A stretch of 64,000 nt of DNA from positions 22,506,001 through 22,570,000 of the forward strand of contig OZ038378.1 of assembly GCA_964036045.1 (NCBI GenBank). Reading direction: 5' to 3'. This stretch comes from Eutreptiella sp. 'Long Island Sound 2002' (Eukaryota; Protista; Euglenida). Of this stretch, positions 25,248-38,200 are shown one piece after another. The position numbers and the translations under genes were made by a program. The first letter of the stretch is position 1, and every line of letters begins with the position of its first letter. Below the pieces are notes generated by a model that was given only the letters and a program-made list of their open reading frames with translations, was not told where the DNA came from and ran no database searches.

Positions 25248-26330
25248 GTGGGACTCCCTGCTGCATCTGACTACCTCCACGGTATCGGTATTGATGCGTA
25301 CGGACCCGGACCTTGCGGCCCGAGGCTTTGCACTCTTGGCACATACCAGATGCCGGAGGGGCTTTGGGATCAAGTCATGCCTCCCAATTTTATCGAGGTT
25401 GTGCGAAATTATGATATGGAGAGTGATCCCAATGGCGGAGCGGGGCGCATTGGGCCGGGAGTTGACGCTGTTGCCGAGACCTTGCGGCAGGCGGGTGTCT
25501 TGAGACGAAAACATATTTGACGAATCGACATGTGTGGCATGGTACCGAGTACCGAGCGCAGCGTGCGCCAAGAAACGGGCTATCTTTTCCCAAGAAGGCA
25601 ACTCAAAACTCGGCGGATTGCCGTTCAAGTCATTCATGCCGATGCACGACCACATGAGGCTTACGTTGGCGCCAAAGCCCAGGGGTCCTTGTGTTTTAGG
25701 ACACAGGGGGGCGGCTGCCCTTCTTCTTTCGAATGTTTGCCGTTCGGCTGGAAGTCCTCTCTGGTGCTCTATCGGTTCGCGTTGTCGGAGATTGTTTCCA
25801 CCTTGATACCTGAGGGAGTTGTCTTGTTACACTACTTGGAGGTTTTCCTATTGGTTAGTGCCGATGTGAGCCTGCTGCAAGCTATGACCGCGTGCATGGC
25901 GGAGGAGTCAACGCGGTGTGGTTTCATAGCCAGCCCCAAGTCCACTTTGAGCCCGGTGACTCGCATTTTCTATTTGGGTAAGTGGCTAGATTTGGAAGAG
26001 CGCACCATCACATGGCACCCCAGGGCTTTTCTCCAAATGTTGGCGGCTTGGCTGCGGGTGGCGGTGCGTACGTCCAAAAATAGTCGGCTCACAGGCAAAC
26101 TAGTGGGTTTCTTGCAGTGGCATGTGCGACCCAAGCTGGGTATGTGGCCGTTGTTTGCAGGGGCTTATTGCTAGATGCGGTGGGGTCTGCATGACTAGGC
26201 TATCCCATTGTGTGTCCTGCATGCGTTGGCCACCGCCATGGCCATGTCAGCTAAGGCGTGGACACCACTTGCGGCCCCCGCCTGCTGCATGTGGCCCGTC
26301 TGCCAAAGCGTTCAGTCAGCCAGAATCTTG
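25248..26330 (+). pseudogene. DIRS-type reverse transcriptase pseudogene
   Basis: FECLPFGWKSS (motif B), LLHYLEVFLLV (eroded YLDD), GFIASPKSTLSPVTRIFYLGKWLDL (thumb-proximal DIRS signature) and LVGFLQW; contains frameshifts and stops. Confidence 0.85.
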
Positions 26331-26359
26331 GTGCTTTGTTCGCTGTGGGTAAACAGGGG

Positions 26360-29020
26360 CCAATGAGGTAATGAGTAGCCAATTCAAAGCCTATGAGGAG
26401 CCAATGAGGACCTAATGAGGAGCCAATGAGGATCCAATGAGGAGCTAATGAGGAGCCAATGAGGAGCTAACGAAGAGCTAACGAAAAGCCTCCTCATTAG
26501 CTCCTCATTTGGCTCTTCGTTGGCTGCTCATTAGCTCTTTATTGGCTTCTCATTTCGTTCTTCTAATTAGCTCCCCAATAACTCCTCATTTGGGACCCCA
26601 TTTGGTCCATAATAGCTCCTCATTGGCTCCTCCTTAGCTCCTCATTGGCTCCCCATTCGTTTCTCATCGGCACTTCATTGGCTCCTCATTAGCTCCTCAT
26701 TAGCTCCTCATTAGGTCCTCATTGGCTCCTCATGGGCACCTCATTGCCTCTGCATTAGGTCCTCATCGGCTCCTTATTGGCTCTTCATTTGGTTCTTCTA
26801 ATTAGCTCCCCATTAACTCCTCATTTGGGATCTCATTGGCTCCGTCATAGCTCCTCATTGGCCCCTCCTTGGCTCCTCATTGGCTCCTCATTGGCTCCTC
26901 ATTCGTTCCTCGTTGTCTCTTCATTGCCTCCTCATTGCCTCCTCATGGGCTCCTCATTGCCTCTGCATTGGGTCTTATTGGCTGCTCATTGGCTCGTCAT
27001 TAGCTCCGTATGTGGGGGACTTTATTTGCTCCTCATTGCCAATGAGGAGCTCATGAGCCGCCAATGAGGAGCCAACAAGGAGCCAGTGAGGAGTTGTTGT
27101 GGAGCTAATGAGGAGCTAATGAGGAGCTATTGAGAAGAACCAAATGAGGAGCTAATATAGAGCCAATGAGGAGCCCATGAGGAGCTAATGAGGAGCCAAT
27201 GAGGTAGTAATGAGCAACCAATTCGTAGCCAATGAGGAACCAATGACAGAATGAGGACCTAATGAGGACCTAATGAGGAGCCACTAAGGAGCCACTGAGG
27301 AGCCAATGAGGAGCTAACGAGGAACCAATAAGGAGCTAAAGAGGAGCTAATGAGGTCTAGAATGAGGAGCCAATGCGGAGCTTATCATGAGCCAATGAGG
27401 AGCTACCACGGAGCTAATCGAGGAACCAATGAGGAGCTAATGAGGAGCTAATAAGGAGCCAACGAGGAGCAAATGACCTAATGGATACCTAATGAGTAGC
27501 TAATGAGGATGTGATGAGGAGCTACCGAGGAGCGAATGAAGATCTAAGGAGGAGCTAATGAGGAGCCAATGAGGAGCTAATGAGGTCTAAAATGAGGAGC
27601 CAATGAGGAGCCAATGAGGAGCTAATGCACAGGCAATGAGGAGCCCATGAGGAGCCGATGAACACCTAATGAGGACCTAATGAGGAGCCAAGGAGGTGCC
27701 AATGAGGAGCTAAGGAGGACCTAAGGAGGACCTAATGAGAAGAACCAAATGAGGAGCCAATAAGGAGCTAATGAGGGCCCAATGAAGAGCCAATGAGGAG
27801 CCGATGAGGAGCCAACGAAGAGCCCATGAGGAGCCCATAAGGAGCCAGTGAGGTAGTAATGAGCAGCCAATGAGGAGCCCATGAGGAGCCAATGAGGACC
27901 TAATGAGGACCTAATGAGGAGCTAAGGAGAAGCTAACGAGGAGCCAACGAGGAGCTAACGAGGTCTAGAATGAGCAGCTAATGAGGTGCCTATGAGGAGC
28001 TAATGACGACCGAATGACGACCTAATGAGGACCTAAGAGGAGCCAAGGAGGAGCTCATGGGAGGAGCCCATGCGGAGCTAATGAGGATCTAACGAGGAGC
28101 CAATGAGGAGGTAATGAGGAGGTCATGAGGAGTTACTACAAAGCCAATAGGTATGGAATGAGGTGCTAATGACGAGCCTACGAGTAGCCAATGAGGTGCC
28201 AATGAGGACCCGGTGAGGAGCCAATGAGGACCTACTGAGGAGCCAATGAGGAGCCTACGGGGAGCTCATGAGGAGCCAATGAGTAGCTAAGGAGGAGCTA
28301 ACGAGGAGCCAATGAGGAGCTAAGGAGGTCTAGAACGAGGACCTAATGAAGTGCCAATGAGGAGCTAATGACGACCTAATGACAACCTAACCTAATGACA
28401 ATGTAGGATATCACGGGGCCGCACAGATAAATGTGTAGTATAGCTAGAGTAGGCCATGAATGTGTCAAGCTCGAGCACCTGTGATTGTGCATACAGGTGG
28501 CCGTGCACTCTTAAGCTCTGAACCTAGCTTGAGGGGCGCCGGGGAGCGTTGAAAACCACATGTAAGAACAATGAGGAGCTAATGAGGAGCCAATGAGGGG
28601 CCAATGATGGGCTAATGAGAGCTAATGAGGAGCCAATGAGGAGCTAATGAGGAGCCAATCATGCGCTGATTAGGAGCTAACAACGAGCCAATGAGGAGCT
28701 AATGTGGAGCCAATGAGGAGCTAATGTGGAGCTACTGTGGAGCTAATGAGGAGCCAATGAGGAGCTAATGAGGAGCCAATGAGGAGCTAACGAGGAGCCA
28801 ATCATGCGCTGATTAGGAGCTAACAACGAGCCAATGAGGAGCCAATGTGGAGCCAATGAGGAGCTAATGTGGAGCTACTGTCAAGCTAATGAGGAGCCAA
28901 TGAGGAGCCAATGAGGAGCAAATGAGGAGCCAATGAGGAGCCAATGAGGGGCCAATGACGAGTTGATGAGGAGCTAATGAGGAGCTAATGAGGAGCCAAT
29001 GAGGAGCTATTGAGGAGCTA
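26360..29020. repeat. 11-bp satellite (aatgaggagc[c/t])n with internal inversions
   Basis: Blocks: + orientation 26360-26488, inverted (gctcctcatt) ~26489-27038, + orientation 27039-28395, unique spacer ~28396-28569, + orientation 28570-29020. Confidence 0.97.
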
Positions 29021-30933
29021 CTGCTGCATTGGAAACCTTTGTTCACTAGGAATGTTATCAAGATGCGGTGCAGGTGGTGAATGGACAGTTTAAGATTGAC
29101 TCTATCTCCTTTGCCATTCCAACTTCCAATTCACCACCTCACTGCTCACCGGGCCCGTAATCTCGATCTGGTGGGTGGATTTCAGGGTCACGGGAAGGTC
29201 CCTTATGATTGGGCGCTGTGCGGGAGCTGTGCAGAACCACCCCTACATTGTATGCAACCAGGTTGGGGTGCCTCTCAAAGACTTTGGTGGTGTGGTGCTC
29301 TAGATTTACCCTGCATTGCCGTGTTGCCAGGCCTTGGGCCAATTGAAGGACAATGAGTCAGCGCATTGCAGGACATGAGCACAAGAGCAGATGGAACATG
29401 ACGAAAGAAAGATTGCATACAGCAAGCCCTTTCCGATGCCCCCGGACCTTGTTTAAATTGGAGAATTTGCACGACTATTTTTTTTGGTCTGTCCTTGTCT
29501 GTCCCCGTCAATTTTTTCTTGCAATCAAAGCGTCGGTTCCCCACCTGCACCACAAAACGTGGTTCATGTGTCAGCAGCCCCTCTCAGGCATTTTGGACAC
29601 TGGGGTACCACAAGTGACAGGTTGATACGCGTCAGCTGCCTCCGCAAGGCATGCAGGGAGAACCCATGAAACGTCCCAGCCACAACATCTCATTCTGTGT
29701 AGACTGTCATGTTAGAGCCATGAGACTGCTATGCTGTGGTAGGAGGGACAACGCAGTGCACCAGGCATGCCCCTGCCTCGATCTGTCTTTGTTGCCAGCA
29801 TATGCAGGGCCAGGGGGCTGCTTGTATGGGGGAGACCATGCAATTACATGGACAGTCTGATACTATCGGAGAGCTATGGGCCTGCTGGCGGGGGGGGGGG
29901 TGTTGACATAAATGCTGAGTAGGAAGCAGGTGAGGGAGGCTGGCAATGGGTATAATACTGGAAAAAACACTAAGAAAAATGAAGTAAAGGGTGTGTCCAT
30001 CTCACTGCCATCTCTGTAGCCCCAACTTGCAGGGCAGCAAACCCGACTTTCGTGTCACATGGCTGTGGTGGAAGTTGCATTCCGGCAGATCCCTCCAAAC
30101 CAACCACCAGTAGTCTTTCCCCCCTCTGGCCACCCCCACGGACCCCACCTACTGACTCACATACCCCAAGCCGCAGCAAGTGTGACACACCAAAATGTGG
30201 TCCGTAGTTCCGTTGGACTTTGTGTGCAACCTGTGCCATTCCCAGTTCCAATTCGTCGCAAACGTCCGTGTGACTACATGTTTGTGGCTTTGTGTGTATG
30301 TGTGTGTGGGGGTATGTTTGCTGCTGTTTGTTTGATTGCATCCCTGGTTGTGTGTTCCTGTGATTCTAGGCCTGCAATTGTGTGATTGTGTACCCCTCTC
30401 CACCCCCTCCTTGCTCAGCCAACATGTGTGTGTGTGTGTGTGTGTGTGAAATCGTATGTGTGTGCTCGTGTGTAATTGGCTTTAAAGAGCCACGTCATGG
30501 GATGTGCACGTGAAGATGATGTTTCTTGCTTTTGCCCGTCGAGCAGAGAGAGTTGTTGGCAAGGCTTGTCACGCAGCAGGTGCAAGAGAATGTGACTGGG
30601 GGTATTACCTGCGGTACCCGGCGGTGGTATCTTTGGCATCCGCCCCCTGTTGCTACAATTTAAAGATAAAGCCTCTGAGTTAACCTCTGTTCCGCAGCTC
30701 CTGCCTTTTTTCATTGTGGTTCTGTCTGTGCTATGCCAACGCCAACGTACACCTGAAGTTGCATGCACGCATGTACATGCGTATCTGTAGTGTGTGTTTT
30801 GTATTTGTTGTGTGCATCGTGTTGATGACGCAGATACTGGTCCTGAAAGGTCGGTTCCAGAGCTACTTCCCAGCCCCAAATCGTCTGTGTGGATCAAGGC
30901 TGCCTGTCTGTTCTGCAGAGTCCACATATTGCA

Positions 30934-30996
30934 ATGGCCAGTAGTCCCACTGCGAAGCAGAACGCACTGAGCTTCCTCCCTGCGAATGGTTCGGGG
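30934..30996 (+). CDS. Possible first coding exon of the HIT-like gene (MASSPTAKQNALSFLPANGSG)
   Basis: ATG lies 15 nt after a ttctgcag acceptor-like site. Phase-0 donors gtgtgc (30997) or gtcaac (31021) are compatible with exon 32012. No homology support. Confidence 0.3.
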
Positions 30997-32011
30997 GTGT
31001 GCACCCTGCAGCTTGCGCAGGTCAACACACCATTACCCACAGTGGACCAAGTCAGCACCATGGTCTGTTCCCTGCTTTGCCCAGTGTTCAACCCGAACAA
31101 CACAACGAATCTGCGGGGATGCCATAGGGAGATGTGTATATCTCGCCGTGGGTGCGGAGGGGGTGCTACCCACAATCCTGTACCTTCCACCGTTCGTTGG
31201 ACGTCGGTGCATTCATGGCCAAACAACGGCTCGTCCAAGCATCAGGGGGACAAGTTTCCGCAACGTTTCAGAACCGTGGAATGATCCTTTTTCTGATCAT
31301 CATGGTGACCATCAGATTTTGGTGGCAAGTTGTATTTGGCAAGGGATTTGCTGGATGATTCATGCATCCCGGCTTTTCCTGCTCTCCTGGTCCCACAGTC
31401 AGCCCCAAATCCAGCCCGTGTGCTCCTGTACTGTGTGCAAACAATGGCGTGTCCAAACAACAGTGCTGTGTCCGCAGCGGTGGTCCCTTTTTTACCTTAG
31501 GCTTTGGGTCCTGAAGGAAGTGTTCGGAGCAAACGGAGTAACTGGAGCAAGGGGTAAGTGTGGCACATGGTTGAGTAGGGGTACAAGGGATGTAATTCAT
31601 TGGATTGGAACCACATTCTCGAATTGGCATACCTGAAGACGAGGCTTGAGGCGTCGATGAGATAGGAACCAGGCTGAGGCCAAGGTGACCTAGACTGGAA
31701 CGTTTGAAAGCTCCAGTGCAGAGTCCGTTTTTGGTGTTGCTGGGGCATTTGAGGGCTTGGCAAACGTGGATTTGCTTTTTAATGCTCCAGTTCCAGTGGC
31801 ACCTCATCCTCCCTTTCGTGCTGCCGCTGCTCCATTCAATTATACGGTCGAGCTGCGTGCCCTGTGCCGCTTTCATTTATGTGTTTCGAAGTCCACTTTG
31901 TGTCTACGCTTGGCTGCGTCTGCCATGCCGCTTGGCAGGGGTTTGGGAGGAGGCACCCTTTAACCTGAACTCATTCCCTTCCACTTTCATCTGTGTCTCT
32001 TCGACCTGCAG

Positions 32012-32236
32012 GGGAGCGCTAAACTGGGGTTCGAAGGGAATTACGACCAATTTTTGGCCCAGTCCAAATCGCAGGACAGGCTCAAAGTCCAAATGAAGAA
32101 CAAGGTCAAGAAGTGTTCATGTGGCAAACCCTGTGCATTCACACTGACGGAATGCAATTCGTGTGGTGCGAGCCTCGTTGACCTGGAAATCACATACACT
32201 AACAACGTCTTCATGGGCTTCATCTATGGTCTGCAG
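32012..32236 (+). CDS. HIT-like gene exon with Cys cluster: GSAKLGFEGNYDQFLAQSKSQDRLKVQMKNKVKKCSCGKPCAFTLTECNSCGASLVDLEITYTNNVFMGFIYGLQ
   Basis: Acceptor acctgcag, donor gtgtgc; coding-like composition. Confidence 0.85.
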
Positions 32237-35200
32237 GTGTGCCCCCCTTTGTGCCACCATTGCTCCATTCTCCTGCTTTCCCTTCAGGCAGTACTTGCAG
32301 GGTACTCCGCACCTGCGCTTGCAAAACTCCGCGGCCTTCAATGGATTGTGTGCTCACGTGTTGTTGTAGGGATGCATCTGATTGTTGCCATTCATTACGG
32401 TTGCAATATGTGAGGGATGTGTTTTGAAGTGTGTCTGTGGCAGTCCGCATGATGCCTTTTACACCTTTCGACCTAGGATGTGAATGATGGCCACATAATC
32501 CAAACGGAGCCTGAAGCTGTGGTCAGTTCGATTTACGCTGGAACAAATGAATCTAGTCCGCGAACAGCAACAGCTGCATCATGGAACGTACCCGCCCACC
32601 CCTGTTCGAAAGAAGCATTCATTCACAAAGAAACACACAACTGTAACACACCGAAAACACAAACAGCAACAGGAGTATTGGGCAGCTGGAGATAAAGGGT
32701 GCACACATCTCCTTCGATTGGCTTTCATGCCAGTCAGACCATAAGCACGGTGACTTTGCTCAATGCATCATGCGTCATGCCCTGCCTGGCAATGGCATCG
32801 CATGTAATGTGGTCCTGTATCTGTGGCTGTGGTGTTGTATGCAGGAGAGCTCGGCAACGGAGAGCGTGCCAACTTTTGAAGCTGTCCCAAGACGACTGTA
32901 TTGACAAATAGTGTGTCCCGTTGGACAGGTGAGCAATTTCTTCAAATGTTGACGATTGGCCGGACGAGTGCATGTACGCCCCCCCTCCCCCCCCTGAATA
33001 GCAACCGCCCTTGAATAGTAATCCAGGGAGGGGGGGGGGGGGGGCGAGGGAACCGTCACTTTCAGTTTTCCAAATTTACTTTATTGAGCTTCTCCTGTGT
33101 GTTTGCTGGTTGGAAAAGGTGGTATTACTGGAGCATTGCTGTGGACTTCAATTTTCTTTCATCCACCCTGTATCATACGAACACTTAGTTTTTCGCAAGT
33201 TCAGCCATGGATGTCCATTCCAGTGGCCCCTGTTGAGCATGTGCAGCTCTTCAAAGTCAAATACTCACAAAAAAAGTGGCACACAGAGCCTGTCTCTCAG
33301 TAGAGCTGAACATGCATCCCAACAGGCAGTTTCCGGGTCTTTTCGTGGTTCATATGCCCTCATGTTTGCATGTTTTCCTTCATGCCACGCGTCCTTTGTG
33401 TTCCCTCGGGGGGCGACAGAATCGTCATTTTGGGTACGTTCCCCCAGGTGTGAAGATACCATCGCGCGCAGGTGGTTACTATTTCAAGGGGGGAGAGGGT
33501 ACAGCGGTGGGTGCAGTAATGGTACCACGCCGGTGAACAGGAAATCGGCAAAAAGGGAATCATGTCATTCCCATGCACAGCTGTTGCCCATCACCTCTGT
33601 GAACCTGTCACACAGCATGATGTATTTGCCTGTCCTCCAGAATGTGTCTCCATCTACCAGGCGTGCACTCCTTCACCCATGGGACGACCTGCTTCCGCAA
33701 CCTGGTCCCGGATTTTTCTTCGGGCACAGGGTGCTTAGGGTGTTTCATGTGCAGTTCTGGTGGGTCGTTGTGGTTTTGCCGAATTTTGCGGTGTACCAGC
33801 TGGTGCGTGGCAAGTGGGCATGACAGGGCCCTGCAGACACATTGCAAAGACAACCAATGCCTCCTCCCCCCATACGTGGTGTGACAGAAGTCCCCGAAAA
33901 CTACTCCTCAAAACGGGATTTTGAGCGTGCCGTTGCATCATTTATGGGTCGAACCCCTCAGAATGGAGTAATACTGCACCAGCCATGCCATGCACTGCCG
34001 GGCTTCAGCCGCTTCTGTGTTGTTTTTGCATTAAGTTGGCTTTTGGGGGGGGGGGGGGGGGCACTGCACAGCATTTCGCAGTCATCTGTCTCTGCCACAA
34101 CATACCGACATAATGGGGCACTGTGCCTTTGCGTTATCCAATTTGTCATTTCAGGGGATGACCGTTTCACTGCGGTATGAATCGGAGTCCTATTTGTGCT
34201 TCGACGATCTCTTGCAGCTCTCAGTGGCTCACCTCAATTGCATTCCCACATCCATTTACTGCCCTGACTGGCGGCTACTGCTGAAAAACCCAAAGGAAGG
34301 TACAACCTGTTGTTCCCAACGACCATGGGAAATCTTCTGTAAAGACGTGCTGTTTGTGTGTTTCCGTGTGTGGGTGTGTGTGTGTGTGTGCAATGTGTGT
34401 TGTGTGTTGTGTGTTGTGTGTTGACATGCCAGAGTGTTCGTTTGGCAGTTGTGGTCTGGTGGGGTCTCCCCAAGGAAGGCAGTATATGTGAAGGTGTGGA
34501 TTGCTGGCACCAACTGCGAAATGTCGCAAGCAGGCTTCCATAGTATGTACCCCTCTGCTGTTCCCATCAGCCTGGGTTGGTAGACCACACCACGGTTCCC
34601 AACGTGCTGTGCTGTTGTTTGTTACCGAGTTTTAGGTCTGCAGCCTTTGAGCTATGTACTGTAGCCCCCCCCCCCCCCCTATGTCAAATGCCGTGTCCAA
34701 CAAACACTTCCGTTCGGACCGTATTTTTTGAGGACATAATTAATTACGTACTTAATTATATGCCAGGCTTCAGAATCGAGGTTTCAGGCTAAAGGATTAG
34801 GGAAATGAGGGGTTGTGGTGAGTAACTGTGGGTAAATTTGTAAAGCAGGATGTCCCTCAACTACAGGACCTCTATTGCCACCATGACTGATTCTCTGCTT
34901 GCACCTGGCCAGGAGGTGCTACACAAGCGGTCTCCGCCCCAAAGGTCCCTAAGCTAGATCAGGCTGCCACTTATGCCTGTGCCAAGAACAACGAGGGCCC
35001 CAAGCCTGGGGAGCATGTTCAGCTTTTCCGCATGAAATGGGACCACAACAAGGGCTTCTACACTGATAAGTGCTAATGGGAGGCCTCCATTGCTTTGTAC
35101 TTTGAATGGGCTGGGTGTCTTGTGCCTAGGGATGTGTTACCGCCGTTTCGCAATATTGTCGCGCGCACCGAATGACGTGTGAAACGAACACTCCCGCTCG

Positions 35201-38200
35201 GACCGTATTTTTTGAGGACGAAATTGTTTGTTGGAGGGGGGGGGGGGGGTTACTGTGTGTGCTTGGCATTGTGCTGTCCTGGATGGGCTATGGCGCAGGC
35301 TTCCAGGTACTTTGTGAGTGGTGAGATGGCTCATTGCAAGAAGAGCAAAAATCTGGGCCACTGAGGTTGTATTCTGTGCATGCGCGACGACTGCAGCTGT
35401 GAGGTGCCGCTAACAATTTTGCACGGAGGAGACCCTGGTCAGCGATGGCCTCAAGGGCCCACTCGGGGCTCGAAAGGCTTTCTGTGTTTCTAGTTTGCAT
35501 GGTTGCTGCGGCAGGTGGTATCTCCACAAGTGTGTACGCATGCGTGCACCGGTCAGCTGGTTACGCCCACCACCATTGCTGTACTACTACAGTATAGTTG
35601 TCTGCCTATTTCTACTGCGACTGGACCCTTGGTGCAGCAGCTTGCCCCTTTGTGATGTTGGCGATGTCAGTGAGAAGTCGTCCTTGCACCAGGGTGCTTC
35701 GTAAACTGAAAGGGATGATTTGGTGATACCAAATGGTAGCAAGCACAGAACACCAGTCGCCTACCACTTTACCACTGTTGTTTTATGCGTCCACCTCATT
35801 GTTCTTCTCAGCGTCCAATACGTACTTATCGTTGTGCCAACCACAGGGTGTATTTGGGTGTTGGCATTCTCGCATTGTGCGTGCCCGTATGTGCGTGATT
35901 GCATGCGTGCGTGTGTGCGTGTGTGCGTGCGCGTGTGTCTGATTGTCTGCCTCGCTCAACAGATGAACGGCACTCACACCAGTCTTGTTCCTCCACAACC
36001 CCGACCCCAACCCCTATCCTGCACATGTCTATGGATGTAGAAGGTTGGATTTGTGTTTGTATGTATGCGCGCGCATGTGTGTATGCAAGGGTGAGTGTGG
36101 GCATGTGTGTGTGTCTGTGTACGTCTTTGTCGAGATGCTTGTTTCTGTTTTCTGCGCAAGTGTGTATGTGTGTATGTCTTTTTTGTAGGGTGGATGTGTA
36201 TTTGTGTGTTTCTGTGTTTGTGCGTGTGTGGGAGGCCGCAGGGTGGCTTTCCTTTCCACTTTTGGTGTCATCAAGCTGGCTACCATCTGTCAATCTGCCG
36301 GGCTGCGGCGGTACTGACTGCTGCTGTCCTGGGTCTCTGGCTGGGGTCGGTGTGTCTTGGAGTTGGGGAGCTCCGGTGTGTGCGCCACCCTACCCATACA
36401 GTGCAGGATGTCGCACAGCTCCTCGGGACGGCGCTCCCTAATATGAAGAGGCACACGTGTGTGTGCCCCTTTATGTATGTGTGCATGTGTGTGTGTGTGT
36501 GTGTGTGTGTGTTGCCAGTGTGTTGTGAGTGTCTATTTTTAGTGTGAGCGTCAGTGTCAGTACTTTGCGCTGGTGCCTGTTGTGGTGTGAGTCCCTCATG
36601 CAGGAGCCTTCAGGCCTTTGCTGCTTCCATCTTCTTTCGTTCCGTCAGTACCCTGTCCAAGACAACGATCAGCTGCAGGCAAGGGCCTTGCGCTTTGCAC
36701 ATTGAGAAAACAGTCTGCCATGTTTCGCCTGTCACAGAAAGGCGTGCCATGGCTTTGTTGTTGTTGCGGCCTGACGAGACAAATCCACACTCAGACAACC
36801 GTTTTCTTACTCACTCTGTCAAACCCGCGCGCATGTGTGGCAGCCATCAGTAAAGATCAGTGGCCATTACGTGCCAACCAGCTGTTGGTCCCCCACTGTG
36901 CTCCAAGGGTTCCTGTCCCCGGACGGTTGCTTTTGTCGCGTCCTGTGTCCCACTGCCCACCCCTGTACACCCGTTTCAGGGCTCAAGATTGTCAACGAGC
37001 TGTTCGACACATGTTGGGAGGCTTTCGTCAAACAGTTCTATGGTAACGATGCCTGGCGCACACGAATGCTGAAGGGCTCACCCAGCCCGGAAGCCCTCAA
37101 GAAGCACGTGATTGCTGGGTTCAACTACCCCCCATCGCAGTACCAGCTCCACCTGCAGTTCATCGTCCCCCCGATGGTGCCATTTCATTACTTTCAGTAC
37201 AAGAACGGGATCCACTACACCCCCAAGCGCTTCTTCCCAATCGAGTACGTCCGCAAGGTTTCCCACCCACGTGCGTCCAGTGCTGGATCTTTCATGGACC
37301 CCCGCTCGTTCCCTGCTGCAACCTGTTCACATAATGGCCCATCAGACTGGCTTGTGTTCACGTGCATGTTCATGTTTCGCCTGTCACAGAAAGGCGTGCC
37401 ATGGCTTTGTTGTTGTTGCGGCCTGACGAGACAAATCCACACTCAGACAACCGCTTTCTTACTCACTCTGTCAAACCCGCGCGCATGTGTGGCAGCCATC
37501 AGTAAAGAGTCAGTGGCCATTACGTGCCAACCAGCTGTTGGTCCCCCACTGTGCTCCAAGGGTTCCTGTCCCCGGACAGTTGCTTTTGTCGCGTCACTGG
37601 GCCTGTCGAATCCGAAACCTCTTCCACTCTTGGGATGTTGTTCTTGCCTAGGGTCACCTTTGCCCTATCGCATGTGAGTCACAGGGTTCAGGCCTCTTCG
37701 CCTTGCCCGATGCGCGAGTACTAAGTGTGTTTTGATGCGCACATACATGACCTGGAATGCAGCGAAGGAAACGAAAGGCAGACGCTTAGAACAAGTGATG
37801 GGTCTGGCCCCATCACTAGTCACTTGGTCACCGCCTGTGCTGCAGCCAGACTGCAATTAACAAAAGCACTGCAAGTGTGTGCTGTGAGTGCCACAAGTTG
37901 CAGGCACAACATAGTCCTGTGTGGAGCTTGGAGCTTGAGTTTGATGCCTAAATCAAGATCTTTCTGCGCTGGGGAATGGAGTCCCTATTGTGCACATGGG
38001 TGGGCAAGATTCCTCGAAGCATCCAGTAACCCACCCACTCACTGGACAAGCACTGAGTGGATGGTTGGGATTGTTCAACTCAGCGGCGTAATCTGCCAGC
38101 TGCAGCTGCTGGCGGCCCTCATAACACAAATCTACAGAAGCACGGCGCATGCCCCGGACCTTTCACGAAGGTCATCAACAAAGCATCGTGATGATCACAG

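Larger units (their letters stand above)
23980..26340 (+). mobile_element. Decayed DIRS-order (tyrosine recombinase) retrotransposon with YR-then-RT order
   Basis: YR fragment, then a Pro/Ala-rich linker, then a DIRS-type RT. The 3' end runs into the 11-bp satellite. Confidence 0.65.
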
